39,605 bases of DNA, from assembly GCF_001194135.2 (NCBI RefSeq), contig NC_068982.1, positions 44,956,452 through 44,996,056 of the forward strand. The letters run 5' to 3'. The notes below the pieces were generated by a model. It saw only the letters and a program-made list of their open reading frames with translations. It ran no database searches and had not been told where the DNA came from. Made by a program: the position numbers and the translations under genes. Positions 10,422 through 21,900 of this stretch are shown piece after piece (positions within the stretch are counted from its first letter, which is position 1; each line of letters begins with the position of its first letter). This DNA is from Octopus bimaculoides. Lineage: Eukaryota.

Positions 10422-10796
10422 CAGCGTTTTTTTCAAACTGTGGGTTCCGACCCTTCAATCGGTCGCGAGATAAATAAAATGGATCGCGACAAAAAAAAAA
10501 AGAAAAGAAGGAAAGAAAAAAAATGCAAGTGGGTGCAAAGTGCAGAATATAAACAACTCTAAATATTGCACAGCACTCATAAATCATCGCTAGTTTTACC
10601 GATTTCTCCCAAGACAAGGCAGGCTTTACCAACCAAGACATAATAATACACATTACTATGAATTTATTATACAGATACAAATAGGATGTTATCACAGTCA
10701 AAATAACTTCAAAGTCTTGTCCAAGGCATGGGTCGCAATGCAAAATGTGCTTCTTGCTGTGGGTTGCAGTAAACAAAAAAAAAAGTTGGAAAAACG

Positions 10797-10799
<3 letters not shown>
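10422..10799. mobile_element. hAT (Charlie/Buster-like) MITE
   Basis: TIRs CAGCGTTTTTTTCAAACT and AGTTGGAAAAACGCTG; subterminal GGTCGCG(A) motifs. Left flank CACTAGTG has central TA as in Buster-type targets; right flank is (TG)n. Confidence 0.7.
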
Positions 10800-10837
<38 letters not shown>

Positions 10838-11230
10838 TGCGCGTGTAACCACCTATACGTTCACAATATGTATAGTCTGTATACTTATATATTTACATGT
10901 TTATGCAATGATACATACATACATTCACACATGCATACATACATATGTATGTATGTATGCACATACATATGTATGTATGTATATACATACATACATACAT
11001 GCATGCTTGGCCGGATTAAGGCCAACTGATGCCCTTATCACAACCCAACAACAAAAACCACTCAAACATTCTATAATCTAAGTTACATGATATGAAAACA
11101 AAAGTGCAGAATGCAAAATAACTGATTAAAAAACTCTGTTTTCTTCCAGGCCATCTTCCCAGGTCAGCATCCTCCACTGCATTAATCATAACCTGATTAA
11201 AAAAAAAAAGGGAGGAAGTAAAATCTAACA

Positions 11231-11385
11231 GGCGCAGGCGTGGTTTTATGGTTAAGAAGCTCGCTTTTGCAACCATGCGGTTTTGGGTTCAGTCTCACTG
11301 CATGGCATCTTGGCTAATTGTCTTCTACTGTAACCCAACTAATACCTTATGAGTGAATTTGGTTGACGGGACAGAAACTGTTTTC
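11231..11385 (+). mobile_element. tRNA-derived SINE-C (diverged)
   Basis: GGCGCAGGCGTGGTTTTATGGTTAAGAAGC...GGTTCAGTCTCACTGC...TTGTCTTCTACT...TGAGTGAATTTGGTTGACGG. Confidence 0.75.
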
Positions 11386-11392
11386 AAGGTTG

Positions 11393-11429
<37 letters not shown>

Positions 11430-11659
11430 TTGCTCCCATCGCTTTCGCCCTGTGAGTGCTTGAAGGAGAGGGCTTAAAGTAAAAGACAGTAATAGAAAAA
11501 AAAAACATTAAGAAGCTACATCTATTTACGATGGATACGTACGTGAATGTAATTTGAGTCCAGGTACTGATTTTGTTATGAAGTCGCAATGGAGACATTA
11601 GTGATTTTGATTTTACCTGTAATTGGGCAAATGTATGTTAGTTGCAGGATATAGTTCTT

Positions 11660-12030
11660 CTATTGTCCTTTTTCTTCATCTCAAATTATTTGGATGCTTC
11701 ATGATATATTTTACACCATGCAGATCGATGTGGGCAATGACTTCCCCAAGATATCAAGTTAAGCTGTAGAGATTTTAGTGATTGCTTCAACTTATCCTTA
11801 CACCTAAGGATAGGCGTTACTTTGCCGCGAAATCCATCCACTTGTTGGTCATACAGAATAATTTTTGGAATGCGGTCATTTTTCATTTGAACATGTCCTA
11901 TCTATCTGCACTGAATTCTCATCAGCATGCTTTGGATACTGGAGATATCACATTTTCCTAAGGTTTTGATAGTGAATATCTTTAAATATCTCAGGTTGGA
12001 ACTGGAAGGCCTGGATTCCACTAGTTGCCA
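11660..12030 (-). pseudogene. RTE-type LINE ORF2 C-terminal fragment
   Basis: Minus-strand translation ...GHVQMKNDRIPKIILY...G.R....LRCKDKLKQSLK...W...HRSAW matches the GHV.RM...RIPK..LY...YKD.LK..LK...W...DR..W post-RT motif of RTE elements. Confidence 0.7.
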
Positions 12031-12078
12031 TCTAGTGAATGGTCTTACGTAATAATAACTCTTGTTGGCAGCAGCAGT

Positions 12079-12117
<39 letters not shown>

Positions 12118-12186
12118 GAACAGGTATGTATGTGCATGTATGTGCGTGTACGTGTTTGTATATGTGTGACGTTGTATTCATATGTA

Positions 12187-12976
12187 CAGGATGTTTCAAA
12201 AAATTTAATGTAATTTCGCAATTTAATAATTTTGCCAGTTCTTGTTCAAATGACTTCAAATTTTAACAGCATGTGCAGAAACAGGTCAAAATTTTTTGTC
12301 TAATGTTTGATATGCAGCGTGCATTTGTGAGAGAGTTCTCTAAAAAGTCACCAACGGCAATGAAGATTTGGACATGGCACAAAAAATTCAAAGCGGAAGG
12401 CTGTCGGTGCAAGGCAAAATGATCTGGACGACTGCTAGTATCGGAAGAGACGGTCGAGCGGGTTTGCTAAAACTCTTGCGAAGCCCCAAGAAGTCCATAA
12501 GAAGAATAAGTCTGGAAACCCAGATTCCTCCAACTACAGTGTGGTGCGTCCTGAAGAAACGCTTGCTAATGAAACCCTACAAGCTGCAGCTCGCTTAGGC
12601 CATAACGGCAGATGACAAGCGACAGCGTAAATAATTCCGTGTTGATATGCAAGAGAAACGTGCCGAAACCGAGTTCAAAGAACGTCTTGTTTTCAGTGAT
12701 GAGGCCACATTTCATACGAATGGCAAAGTCAATAAGCATAATGTCCGCATTTGAGGCGAAAGAAATCCCCATGCCACAGTTGAGCATGCAGGTGCACATA
12801 TTGAACACTTGTGAAATCGTTCATGGAAACCACATACCTTTGAATTTCTCATTCAAATTTAGAGGAATAAATTTTATGTTGTTCAACATTAAGCCTGTTT
12901 AGTTTCATTTGCTTTGGCTATGTAGTTTCTGTAATATTTATATCTCAAAGGATATCAATTTTTTAAAAATACCCTT
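12187..12976 (+). mobile_element. Internally deleted Tc1/mariner element (DDxD type, rosa/DD41D-like by motif)
   Basis: TA-flanked degenerate TIRs CAGGATGTTTCAAAAAATT and AATTTTTTAAAAATACCCTT. HTH region SPKKSIRRISLETQIPPTTVW..LK..L.MKPYKLQ, first catalytic motif FSDEATFH.NGKVNKHNVRI, then a jump to C-terminal GAHIEHL*. Stops and frameshifts present. Confidence 0.85.
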
Positions 12977-12988
12977 TATATATAAACA

Positions 12989-13024
12989 TCCGGCGCGGTA
13001 ACGATTCTGCCAGCTCACTGCCTA
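12989..13024 (-). mobile_element. Short SINE-A head fragment, back-to-back with the head at 13054
   Basis: Minus strand reads GGCAGTGAGCTGGCAGAATCGTTACCGCGCCGGATG. Confidence 0.6.
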
Positions 13025-13053
13025 GTCGCAGTAGACAATATTAGTAAATTACT

Positions 13054-13112
13054 GGCGGCAAGATGGCAGAAACGTTAGCACGGCGAGCGAAATGCTTAGC
13101 GGTATTTCGTCT
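13054..13112 (+). mobile_element. SINE-A head (5' part) truncated by retroelement insertion
   Basis: GGCGGCAAGATGGCAGAAACGTTAGCACGGCGAGCGAAATGCTTAGCGGTATTTCGTCT, then unrelated sequence. Confidence 0.85.
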
Positions 13113-13197
13113 CCGTGAGTTTACTGGTCGGACGTGTTATTACTCGCTGCTATTTTTTTTAGTATAACGCCACTATTGTTTGGTGGGCGTTGCTGAG

Positions 13198-14675
13198 ATG
13201 GAGAAACTGAAGACGTATGCAGCAGCGACGGGGAGCCGAGCTTCCGTCGTCCCAGGCTGAAGCAATATGAAATACATTGGAATGAAGACATGGCTGAGAA
13301 GGTTGGAAAATATAAAGAAATGATAAAGATAAATGATAAAGTTGATCCCATCAGAGGAGGAGAGGACGAAGATGGAAATTGGAGTCGTGGAGTATAAATC
13401 ATTTTCAAGGAAAAATAGAATAGAGATTGCAACGAAGGAGGAGATGGAGGAGTGTTTGAAGGAATTGCAAGAAGATGTGTTGTTTTTTTTACAAGAGGCA
13501 AGACATACGCGTCTGTAGAGATCACATTTGTATCGGAGGAGGCAGCAAAGAAATGCGCCAATAAGACGTTAACTAAAGGAAATTGGATGCTCTTTCCCAA
13601 TAAGTTGGGTAGACGTCCAACGTGGATTAGACTGGGTAGGATCCCGCCGAAAATAGAGTTGGAATGGGTAATAGCAGTAGTTTTTTTCTGAAAGAGAAGG
13701 AGAAGATGTAAGGATAATTATGATAAGCAGAACCCAACAAATAAATTGTTGGGGGTATGGATTGGAGGTGCTTTTTATGGCAAGTCAGAAAGTTTACAGT
13801 GACATACCGGAGACACTGGTCAAACTGGACATAATGTTGGAGGGGGAGACCTCCAAAGTGCTACGAATGTGGCAAAAGAGGTCACATTAGAAGAAGGTGC
13901 CCAGAAATAATGGAAAACAAAGAAATGGAAACGCAAGAAGGCGTGATAGAGAGGAAACAGTCACAGGAAGAGGAGCAGAGAGCTGATTTTGAGGAAGCTA
14001 AATCAAGGAAGAGAGAAAGTAGGAGCTCATCGCCGAAAGTCGAACAAGGGAAAAAATACAAATCACAGGATCAAGTGGGATCACTGAGGAAAGAGGATAA
14101 TAGCAGAACATTAACACAGAACCATACAGTCTCACAATCGCACAGACAGACAGATATACAGATGCATAAATACACACATACATACACTCGGAAGCGTAGA
14201 AGATAACGCAGAATTGCAGAAACCTAAAAGCACAGAACCTGAAAACACAGACACACAAACACAACAGGCAGACTTACAGTCACACAAACATGCAGACCCA
14301 CAGACAGATAAACACACAGATATACAGTCACAAAGAAATATAGAAGAACAAACACATGGTAGTACAGAATCACAAAAACAAAAAATAACGGACATACAGA
14401 CGCAGGAGATACATAGGAACGGCATATATTTGATGTCATATCGATATACACAAAAAATAGAAAAGAAGATATCCAAAATAAAAGACATTGTCAAAGTGGA
14501 CCTCTCGGACGGTTGCGATAAGGAGACGAGATGGATTTTAATAGAAAAAGAAAAGTATAAAAAATTAAAAGAGGCTTTCCCGATAGATATAAACCAACTG
14601 GGGCCCGAGGTGAATTTTGAACCCAGCGCTCCAGTGGTGAACTACGAGGAAATAAAAGATTATATAAAATGGTGA
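13198..14675 (+). pseudogene. Frameshifted ORF1 (RRM-like region, CCHC zinc knuckle, low-complexity linker, C-terminal domain)
   Basis: Stitched pieces: MEKLKTYAAAT...; EIATKEEMEECL; TRGKTYASVEITFVSEEAAKK...WIRLGRIPPKIELEWV; WGYGLEV..; LEGRPPK-CYECGKRGHIRRRC (13859-13900). Collinear with ORF 30919-31857. Several +1 indels fall in homopolymer runs (T-runs about 13485 and 13683, G-run 13842-13846). Confidence 0.85.
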
Positions 14676-14850
14676 GTAGTTTTATTTTGGATAAATTATT
14701 GAGATAATTTTGAAAAGAACTATCGAAGACTGTGAAAGGAATTATTGAGAACTGTTTAAATGATTGAAATAACGCGGCCGCCCCGGGGTGGAGCTGGGGT
14801 GGCCGTCCCATCATCATTGTTTAATTTCATTGTTCCATAAAATGTAAGCA

Positions 14851-14959
14851 TTTGAAAGGGGCCAGCCTTGTCATATTCTGTGTGTGGCTGAATCTCTCTG
14901 AGAACTACGTTAATGGTATGCTTGTCTGTGGAGTATTCAGCTGCTTGCGGGTTAATTTT
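14851..14959 (+). mobile_element. Fragment of the SINE-B type-2 tail inside the retroelement 3' region
   Basis: AAGGGGCCAGCCTTGTCA...GCTGAATCTCTCTGAGAACTACGTTAA...GTCTGTGGAGTATTCAG is homologous to about 4930-5030, 35200-35300 and 39220-39315. Confidence 0.75.
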
Positions 14960-15022
14960 ATCCTTATGTGGTAATAAAAAGTAAAAGTGACATCCAATAT
15001 TTGCTGTAGTTATTTGTCTTTG

Positions 15023-15199
15023 ATTTAACAATGTGTCTTTGTATCTGTGTATCAACTTTTCTTTCGACCTATGTACCTACTGTCTCTCTCGCTTTCTCTC
15101 CTTTTCTCTCAATTACTCTGTGTACCTCCTTTCTCCTGCTTTTAATTTAACAATGTGTGTAGCTATGTATCAACTTTTCTTTCGATCTATGTATCTACT
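15023..15199. repeat. Local direct duplication (about 57-bp unit, two copies)
   Basis: ATTTAACAATGTGT...GTATCAACTTTTCTTTCGA.CTATGTA.CTACT at 15023-15081 and 15145-15199. Confidence 0.85.
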
Positions 15200-15386
15200 T
15201 TTCTTGCGATGTGATAAACATTTAAAAACACAAAACGAACGACGTCACCACTCACTGTCTCTCTCTCTTCCTCTCTCCCACTTTGCCACTCACTTCTTCC
15301 TTTGAGGTAAGTGTGACATACACCACAGGTGTACGTACGTACAAAAACAACAAATTGGCATATTTATTTTATTGATGATGGTGAAA

Positions 15387-15500
15387 GGCGGCGAGTTGGC
15401 AGAACCTTTAGCACGCCGTGCAAATGCTTCGCGGTATTCCGTCCGTCTTTACATTCTGAATTCAAACTCCGCCGAAGTCGACTTTGCCTTTAATCCTTTC
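15387..15500 (+). mobile_element. SINE-A (runs into gap)
   Basis: Intact head with A-box and B-box and an uninterrupted CGGTATTCCG site. Confidence 0.85.
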
Positions 15501-18500
15501 NNNNNNNNNNNNNNNNNNNNNNNNNNNNNNNNNNNNNNNNNNNNNNNNNNNNNNNNNNNNNNNNNNNNNNNNNNNNNNNNNNNNNNNNNNNNNNNNNNNN
15601 NNNNNNNNNNNNNNNNNNNNNNNNNNNNNNNNNNNNNNNNNNNNNNNNNNNNNNNNNNNNNNNNNNNNNNNNNNNNNNNNNNNNNNNNNNNNNNNNNNNN
15701 NNNNNNNNNNNNNNNNNNNNNNNNNNNNNNNNNNNNNNNNNNNNNNNNNNNNNNNNNNNNNNNNNNNNNNNNNNNNNNNNNNNNNNNNNNNNNNNNNNNN
15801 NNNNNNNNNNNNNNNNNNNNNNNNNNNNNNNNNNNNNNNNNNNNNNNNNNNNNNNNNNNNNNNNNNNNNNNNNNNNNNNNNNNNNNNNNNNNNNNNNNNN
15901 NNNNNNNNNNNNNNNNNNNNNNNNNNNNNNNNNNNNNNNNNNNNNNNNNNNNNNNNNNNNNNNNNNNNNNNNNNNNNNNNNNNNNNNNNNNNNNNNNNNN
16001 NNNNNNNNNNNNNNNNNNNNNNNNNNNNNNNNNNNNNNNNNNNNNNNNNNNNNNNNNNNNNNNNNNNNNNNNNNNNNNNNNNNNNNNNNNNNNNNNNNNN
16101 NNNNNNNNNNNNNNNNNNNNNNNNNNNNNNNNNNNNNNNNNNNNNNNNNNNNNNNNNNNNNNNNNNNNNNNNNNNNNNNNNNNNNNNNNNNNNNNNNNNN
16201 NNNNNNNNNNNNNNNNNNNNNNNNNNNNNNNNNNNNNNNNNNNNNNNNNNNNNNNNNNNNNNNNNNNNNNNNNNNNNNNNNNNNNNNNNNNNNNNNNNNN
16301 NNNNNNNNNNNNNNNNNNNNNNNNNNNNNNNNNNNNNNNTATAAGTAGGGCAGCACGAAAGAGTATAAATTTTTTAAACTTTTCTTGGGCGGAGACCCTA
16401 ATTCAGCATCAGTATTTGCCCCCTTGATAAATCTGAATATAGTAAAAACTGTGGTATCCCCTTTCCTGCGCGCCTTAAGCACGTGTTTATTTTGCTAAAA
16501 TGCTTAATCCGAACCCGCTCATGTACATTGTGTGTGTATAGATAAACTTTAATTCATAAATACAATATGTAAATGTTGTGTGTGGTTGTGTTTACATATA
16601 CCGTATAAATTAAACGGACACGATACAGATTTATATTAGCTGTGTACCAATTGCTGTGCGTGTGACTACAGAATGCGTGTATAGCTAATTAAAAAGAATA
16701 AAAAAGATTTTAAAAGATAAAGGGAGAAAGAGAGGAACTCCTCTAACATACAGTTGTACTTTTCTTTTTCGAAGTTTACTTGTCTAAACAAAACCAAAAT
16801 GTGATAAAGCGTCTATATTTCAATGCGCTGGTGACACATTTAATTTTTTTTTCTTTTTCCCAACACCGTCACAACGACAATTCGGCAACTGAATAAGTTT
16901 AACCCCAATGCACACGTCGACACAGCTAGCCTATATTAAATTGCTAATAGAAACACAACTGTGCACACGCACGCACAGACACACACAACAATAAAAACAT
17001 ACATTTGTTCAAACACTGAAGCGTGAAGTTTATTATGTTGTAATCATTTACGCTAACGGTACTCGAAGTTTATTGAGTTATAAAAGTTGGTTTTGTTTTT
17101 GTTTTCTAAATCACCCGAAGAGAAACGAAGAAAGTGTTTAGTTGTTTTGAAACGTAAGTGGCATTTTATTTAACTTAATTTGAATTGTTTGTGTTTGTTT
17201 TGCTTTCTTCCTATGTAAAAACAGTCCACATTTGTAAACACACACACATCTCTATTTATCTCTATCATCTATTATGTGTGTGTGTGTGTATAGTACATAT
17301 ACATACATACAGACATTCATATGTGTGTACAATTATGTATTAAATGTCTTAATACCACGTGAGTTTGAATCGTATTTCTTGTGCATATTGCTGTTTGTGT
17401 CTCTTGTAGAAAATTGTTTCTCTAGCTCCGCTTACACACTTACTCACACATATACCCCACCGCCTCACTACACACACACATACACACTCACTCACTCACT
17501 CTTTCTCTCCTTACATATACACCATATAGACAAACACACACACACACTCAACCAGACACATCCAGACACACAACTCATTATTTTAAAGCAGGAGATACTT
17601 GAAATAAGTTTTCTTTTTTCTTTTTGCGATATTTTTCCCACATTAACGTTTTTTTGTTTTCTTCTTGTATATATACTATATTAAGCTTTATGTGTGAACT
17701 TGTATAACTTAACTTTGTTTCATCCAAAACAAGTTTCAAAAGTGTTTATATATTGTTTATAATGTTTTAATATCCGAAGGCTTATTTACGTTTAAAGAAA
17801 ACCCAACAGAATCAGATAGTAACTAATAATTTAGATTTTGTCTGTTTTGATTAAATACGCATTTATTCTTACCTACTGTGATTTGGTTTAGTTTTTTATA
17901 ATGTCATTACTTTCAGTAACTTATTTATGATTTTATTATATACCGTTAGATATTTAGTATACAACAATTAAAGAATATGTATTTAATATTCAACAAAGTT
18001 TGAAGTTGTTAAGACTAATAACTATTTAGCTTCAATTAAATTGAGTCGATAGAATTTCTTCAGAAGATAGGAAAACCCGTTAACTAAGCATCTCATGTAT
18101 GTCTTTTGTTCATAGTACATTCAGTGTTTATTTAGTTTGAATTTTAGTGATCTGTCTCAACTTTTCTCGCTATTTCCATGTCACTATCTTTATTTTGGAA
18201 CCCTGCTTATCGTAAGATATCGATGTCAAACACATGTGGTCTCAATGTTGAACAAAGGAGGGAGTTTGAGACGAAAATTGGTTGTTACATGTAGACGTCT
18301 GCCTCGGTAACTCGTTTGTGTTCAATTTCTCTATACGTTTTCCACGAACTCATTATCATTTATCACTACACACAATAGCATTCATCGTCACCACCAACAA
18401 ACATTATCATAACCGCTACTACCATTTATCCTACATTATCAACACCACTCTGACAAACTCCCGCCCACGCCAGCAACATACATTTCTCACATTGACATAA

Positions 18501-19087
18501 TTAAAAGATATAAACATTCATATTTCATTCGTATTGATCTGAAATTATATTGTGAATTTTACGTGATGTATACAATTTGTATACCATTATTGTTAGGTGG
18601 GGTATTATAGAAAATAACTTGGGTGTGTGTTTAGGGTATTTGTCATATGAGATATAAATTAATCATTCTCATATATCTGCTCTTAAAAAATACGAAATGC
18701 ACAATTAGTTATTTTTCCTTCACTCGCCCTGCTAGAAATAGCAGCTGTCTCTTGAATCAAACTCTAATCTTAATAACAATAACACAGAAATGAGCAACAA
18801 CAAAATCTCTTAATAACACCCTCTCATCTTAAACAACTACACAAAATATTATATGAGTTACATCAAATATCCTCTGTGACCAACAAGCTGACCGTAGCAC
18901 AGCTTTGAGTTAAAGTCAAACAAGCTCATAGTAGCTAAAGTGAAAGTGGTACGTTATACTTCAGAATTGTCAATTATTATGCAATTCTAATTTTAGAAGA
19001 CTCGCGACAAGATCTTAAATTCGGATGAAAGACTTAAAATTTGCAGCGTTATTGTCGTTTAGCCCCAGATCAGCCCATCTCTTTGTA

Positions 19088-19650
19088 TTGGGTATAAAAA
19101 AAAATCATGAATAATGCGGTTTTTTATACTTCTTTTATTTTTCAAAATTAAGATAAACAAAGTCCTTTTTTAATCTAAAATATACTCTCCTTCATTTTCT
19201 ACAATACTCTTCCATCTGTCTAGTAGAATTGCAAGGCCCCTATTCCAAAATTCACTTTCCGTGACGAAAAATACTCCTCCAGTACTGTTCTGACCTCGTC
19301 TACAGAATTCATATTTTTTTTCCGTCCAAATGATTTTGAAGACTGCGGAATAAATGAGAATCAAATGGGGAAATGTCCGGCGAATAGGTGAGTGGGGCAT
19401 CGTTTCCCATTCAAACTGCTCCAGCCTGTGGAATGTCATCTTCGCTGTATGTGGTCGAGCATTATCCTGATAGAAGAACACCTTTCGTCTTGAAACCAAG
19501 GATGGTCGTTTTTCTTCAAGCGCTGACTTAAGCCGCTCAAGCAGCTCGCAGTAGATCTCTTTTGTTATCGTTTGGTTTGAGTTTAAAAGTTCAAAGTGGA
19601 CTAAACCTTTCATATCTCACCAAACAGATAACAACACCTTATGTGGGTGA
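19088..19650 (-). mobile_element. 5'-truncated mariner (Mos1/Hsmar-like DD34D) element
   Basis: Minus strand LHPHKVLLSVW*DMKGLVHFELL...VFFYQDNARPHTAK...WETMPHSP, then a frameshift into the YSPD-type motif. Terminal repeat TTGGGT...AATAATGCGGTTTT follows TA at 19086-19087. Confidence 0.9.
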
Positions 19651-21067
19651 AGACTTTCTTTAGCCTGGGGTGCCGGTATTTCTCCTTTCCTTACTCATTG
19701 TCTTTAGCGCTTGACATTTTTATTATCACTATTAGGTCCAAAAACGGTTCATTCGTGAAACGTGACTGCAAAGGAATAGTAATGCAGTATGGNNNNNNNN
19801 NNNNNNNNNNNNNNNNNNNNNNNNNNNNNNNNNNNNNNNNNNNNNNNNNNNNNNNNNNNNNNNNNNNNNNNNNNNNNNNNNNNNNNNNNNNNNNNNNNNN
19901 NNNNNNNNNNNNNNNNNNNNNNNNNNNNNNNNNNNNNNNNNNNNNNNNNNNNNNNNNNNNNNNNNNNNNNNNNNNNNNNNNNNNNNNNNNNNNNNNNNNN
20001 NNNNNNNNNNNNNNNNNNNNNNNNNNNNNNNNNNNNNNNNNNNNNNNNNNNNNNNNNNNNNNNNNNNNNNNNNNNNNNNNNNNNNNNNNNNNNNNNNNNN
20101 NNNNNNNNNNNNNNNNNNNNNNNNNNNNNNNNNNNNNNNNNNNNNNNNNNNNNNNNNNNNNNNNNNNNNNNNNNNNNNNNNNNNNNNNNNNNNNNNNNNN
20201 NNNNNNNNNNNNNNNNNNGACTGTAGTTTCCGGCTTGGAATTTCTAGAACCACGGTTGACACTGACTTACGCTTATTGTCCGATCCCCCATACTGCATTA
20301 CTATTCCTCGAACTTTCCGTTGCGTTGTTGCCTTTATTAAATTCATAAAGCAAAATATGTCGAAATGCTCCTTTGTCACTTCTATTATAGCTTTGAAAAA
20401 ATAGCTGCTAAAATTGAACTGCACTCTTCAAAACTTGCATTAAGAATAAGTACAAAGTAAAATTACTACCTGCTTTTATAGTAAGTTGATGCAGGTAGTT
20501 TATCCCACCACACCTCGGACTTTTAGTTCATGCAACTGAAAAAACCGCATTATGGGTTGTCCATTATCTCATTTATTTAAGAGGATGCGGTGCATTTTGA
20601 GAGTGATCTAGATGCTATGCTTAGCAAGTTGAGCACTTGCAAGAGGCCCCCCACGATGACTCATGTATGACATGTGATCAAAGTTATTCACTATAAAATG
20701 TATTCTTTCATATTTAAAATAATAATGTGGTGTAATTTGGCTACTATTCCTAGTGAGTCAATCTCACAGAGGCTCCCACGTTGATTCGATGGATGAAAGT
20801 CCAAAGTAATGCGTTTATGTCAGTACTCTTCTGCTTCAAGTAACCACTTAAAACTATTAGATTTTGTACAGACCTTTTTTTCGTTGTCTTGGGAGAGTCA
20901 TTACGCCAATAATGATAACACACATACACAGGTTCAAATCCAACTTCTGTATTTGTCAATTGACTAATAATAAAGAGTTCATATCAAAAATCTTGAAGTG
21001 TGTGTGTGTGCGCGCGCGCACGTATTTGTCTGTAAACGACTTTTGAAATAATATTTCCAGCTTTTCA

Positions 21068-21125
21068 CGCTTTGTCTGTCCTTGTTTGTCCCCTATGTTT
21101 AGCCCCTTGTGGGCAATAAAGAAAT
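21068..21125 (+). mobile_element. Very short 3' tail fragment of a Tx1/L1-like element
   Basis: GTCCCCTATGTTTAGCCCCTTGTGGGCAATAAAGAAAT shares the tail with 21862-21899, 156-180 and 32400-32424. Confidence 0.7.
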
Positions 21126-21482
21126 AAGAAACTTATTTTCATCTATGGCAAAACATTCTCTATAAAGGGTTCAGGTGTGGCTCGCCATAGATCATAGGAA
21201 TTAATTCTAAGGATTTTTATGGACAGAATGATCCTCCCAAAGTGCAATGGTATTATATCAAGTATTTTGCAAGACAAATACGTAAAGGAAATATATTTTA
21301 GTCTTGGTCTAAAATAGTTTTGGAATAAACCAATTAGAGCGTGGAAGACATAACAGCCATTAAAAACGCACGGAAAGAAACAATTTAGAGTTGCTTCTTT
21401 TGCATATTTGAATTTTATTCAGCCTAGAGTTCTCTTTGCAAAGTCGTTGGATTGTTTATTCATTGACTTTATATACTTCAGA

Positions 21483-21900
21483 AACGAGGGTGAATGGTAT
21501 AAAGTCAGGCATTTCCATATCTAGCTCTGCACTGGTGAATTATTTCACCTTCCACCTCAAAAGGAAAGTAGAGCTAGAGAGAAAATACCTGACTGCGAAA
21601 ATGTTTGAGAGTCGATGGAAGAGTGTAGCACGAAAGTTGCGAATAAATGTAACCACATGAATGAGACGAAGGACTCATCTCGGCTATCAGTGACGAGGCG
21701 GGGCACGAGGGGTCCGTGCTAAACCCGCCTTACCACTCCATCCGTAATGTCTTCCGGTCTGTCGCATCATCCGATTAAAATTCGATTTCATTGTAAAATT
21801 TTTTAAATGCATGTTTCTGTTAATTCATTCGTTTTCATCTGACCCCAAATCAGGTTGTATCGTCCCCTCTATGTCGCCCCTTGTGGGTAATAAAAAAATG
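21483..21900 (+). mobile_element. 5'-truncated L1/Tx1-like LINE (ORF2 C-terminus plus 3'UTR)
   Basis: Perfect 19-bp TSD TGACTTTATATACTTCAGA at 21464-21482 and 21901-21919. Open frame to stop 21660 (YFTFHLKRKVELERKYLTAKMFESRW...INVTT*) resembles L1/Tx1 ORF2 ends (F...W). Tail GCCCCTTGTGGGTAATAAAAAAAT. Confidence 0.8.

Larger units (their letters stand above)
13113..14982 (+). mobile_element. Decayed ORF1-only Tx1/L1-like retroelement (divergent relative of 30783-32424)
   Basis: Begins right after a SINE-A head, carries a frameshifted ORF1 homologue, and has a degenerate tail CCTTATGTGGTAATAAAAAGT at 14962-14982. The 3' boundary is tentative. Confidence 0.7.

Noticed and set aside
13121-14817. 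Minus-strand ORFs over the 13-kb element (and 30951-32104 over the 31-kb element)
   Set aside because: These are antisense shadows of purine-rich ORF1 sequence with no independent coding signal.
15240-15312. GACGTCA motif and GAG|GTAAGT donor as a first exon
   Set aside because: About one such 8-mer is expected by chance in 40 kb on two strands, and there is no other support.
20465-20499. 9-bp hairpin ACTACCTGC/GCAGGTAGT
   Set aside because: Too short for a miRNA precursor and expected by chance.
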